Of a DNA stretch of 33,901 nucleotides, positions 32,679 to 33,901 are shown piece after piece (the stretch's first letter is position 1; every line of letters begins with the position of its first letter). Made by a program: the position numbers and the translations under genes. The notes below the pieces were generated by a model. It was not told the DNA's origin and made no database searches. It was given only the letters and a program-made list of their open reading frames with translations. Source of the stretch: a virus (lineage: Duplodnaviria; Caudoviricetes); the IMG/VR virus record IMGVR_UViG_3300020043_005745, positions 1 to 33,901 of that record, one strand, 5' to 3'.

Positions 32679-33901
32679 CTATTCTTCAATATTTTCCGCC
32701 AAATCGGCTGGCGTAACCTTAAGCCTACCATGAAGCGCGGCTCCAACCAGCCCCATACATTCGGCATCGAGCAAGTGGTTATTTTTCCCTACTTGTTTCC
32801 ATACATAACGCTCCCGCCCGGTCATCGGGTTCTTAACCTTAACCTTGGCTTCTGCCGATATATGTTCGTGATAAACCAAGGGAGTGTCTTGGGCGATGAA
32901 GCCCTCGGTTTTTAAGAGGCTTGAAAAGATGTCCTTAAAAGCCGGGTTCGACCATCGCCAAACGGGGCAGAGCTTCCACTTCCACCCAGCCCTTGAGCCT
33001 GTGGCCTTACCGCTAAATGGATCGCCATTGGCAATTCTGGCGAAGGGGCGTTGAATCTTTTGCTGGCCGACAATCTCCGAGAAGCTGGTTTTATCTGATC
33101 CTACCAAGGCCATCCAGCCGTTCTTACAACAATGCAAATAAACATCGCGGGTCTGATCGCCCGAATCGCAAAAGACGCATTTCGCCTCAACCTTAAACTC
33201 CTCGGCCTTGGCTTGAATATCCCCCCAAGTCTCAAGCCTCCCCGCCCACACAAGCCTAGATTTGCCCTCGTTGTCCCAAGCCCTAACGATTGACCAAGCG
33301 TGGAATCCCCCGGCTTCTTGAATGTCGCAAGCCATGATTAGCTTCTCGCCCATCCTCACTTCGCCCATTCGATAATCGCCAGCCTTAATTTCTAGGTTCT
33401 CTTTTTCGTGCTCCATCCAAGGCTCGGCCAAAACTCGATTCACGAAATCCTGTAAGCCTAGAATCCCATTGTATTTATCTTGGAGGAACTTGACCGCCAA
33501 GGAGCCGAAAGTCACCCAAGGGGCATAGAGGCCGTTAAGGTGATAGGATCGCCGCCCCGGCTCGCCCTTTGGGTTGGTCGTTATCCATTCCCCCTCCCGA
33601 AGCATCTTGGTTTTTTGGCCGTCCCGAATCTGGGCTTTGCAGTTCTCGCATTCATAGTAGGCGGAGTTCCTAACCTTAACGAAATCATAAACCCCCTCCT
33701 CAATCTTGGCATCCTCCGCCCACTTTACTTGTCCCCAAATCAGTTTTTGTTTATGACCGCAAGAAGGGCAGGGAACGAAATAAAATCTCATGTCCCCCTT
33801 TTGCCATTCGTTCCAGATAATTGAGTCGGCGGTTGTCGGGGTGCTGGTTGCAACGACTAGGTGCTGGGGGTAGGTCGCAACTCTGGCCTCGGCAAACTGC
33901 A
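32679..33901 (-). CDS. terminase large subunit, GpA family (5'-truncated by window edge)
   Basis: The frame is open to the window edge: ...ATSTPT...GDMRFYFVPCPSCG...CENC...SYHLNGLY.PW...FVN.VLAEPW...CDIQ...DSG...NHLLD. Confidence 0.95.
   Translation of the reverse strand, partial: QFAEARVATYPQHLVVATSTPTTADSIIWNEWQKGDMRFYFVPCPSCGHKQKLIWGQVKWAEDAKIEEGVYDFVKVRNSAYYECENCKAQIRDGQKTKMLREGEWITTNPKGEPGRRSYHLNGLYAPWVTFGSLAVKFLQDKYNGILGLQDFVNRVLAEPWMEHEKENLEIKAGDYRMGEVRMGEKLIMACDIQEAGGFHAWSIVRAWDNEGKSRLVWAGRLETWGDIQAKAEEFKVEAKCVFCDSGDQTRDVYLHCCKNGWMALVGSDKTSFSEIVGQQKIQRPFARIANGDPFSGKATGSRAGWKWKLCPVWRWSNPAFKDIFSSLLKTEGFIAQDTPLVYHEHISAEAKVKVKNPMTGRERYVWKQVGKNNHLLDAECMGLVGAALHGRLKVTPADLAENIEE

Noticed and set aside
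318-33824. All plus-strand ORFs in the track
   Set aside because: They are antisense shadows of well-supported minus-strand genes, with no recognisable motifs.
1-33901. Alternative genetic code, prophage boundaries and host assignment
   Set aside because: Standard-code ORFs tile the window densely, and no integrase, att site or host genes are present. The host cannot be determined beyond probably Gram-negative.

Overview
This window is a 33.9-kb fragment of a tailed dsDNA phage genome (lambda-like head, probably a short non-contractile tail). Essentially every credible gene is on the minus strand and tightly coupled, with many ATGA overlaps. In transcription order (right to left) it holds: (1) a GpA-type terminase (5'-truncated), a gpW-like adaptor, an extended lambda-type portal, a protease/scaffold, a decoration protein and the major capsid protein; (2) a six-gene glycosyltransferase/methyltransferase cluster; (3) neck, fibre and tail genes, with two paralogous pairs and a -1 frameshifted tail chaperone; (4) a ~185-nt highly base-paired intergenic element; (5) a holin/spanin/M15-endolysin lysis cassette, implying a Gram-negative host; (6) a metallophosphoesterase module; (7) an early/replication region with a minimal ligase-like protein, a nuclease, an annealing-protein candidate, a GIY-YIG protein, an initiator with iterons and several HTH proteins. 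No integrase, tRNA, CRISPR array or reverse transcriptase was seen. The strongest leads are the candidate novel ncRNA (9650-9837), a TTGACA-N13-17-ATG motif in front of late genes, the putative virion glycosylation/methylation system, an A9 slippage site that could give two portal lengths, and the duplicated tail-tube and terminator genes. All family calls come from recognising motifs by eye, not from database searches.
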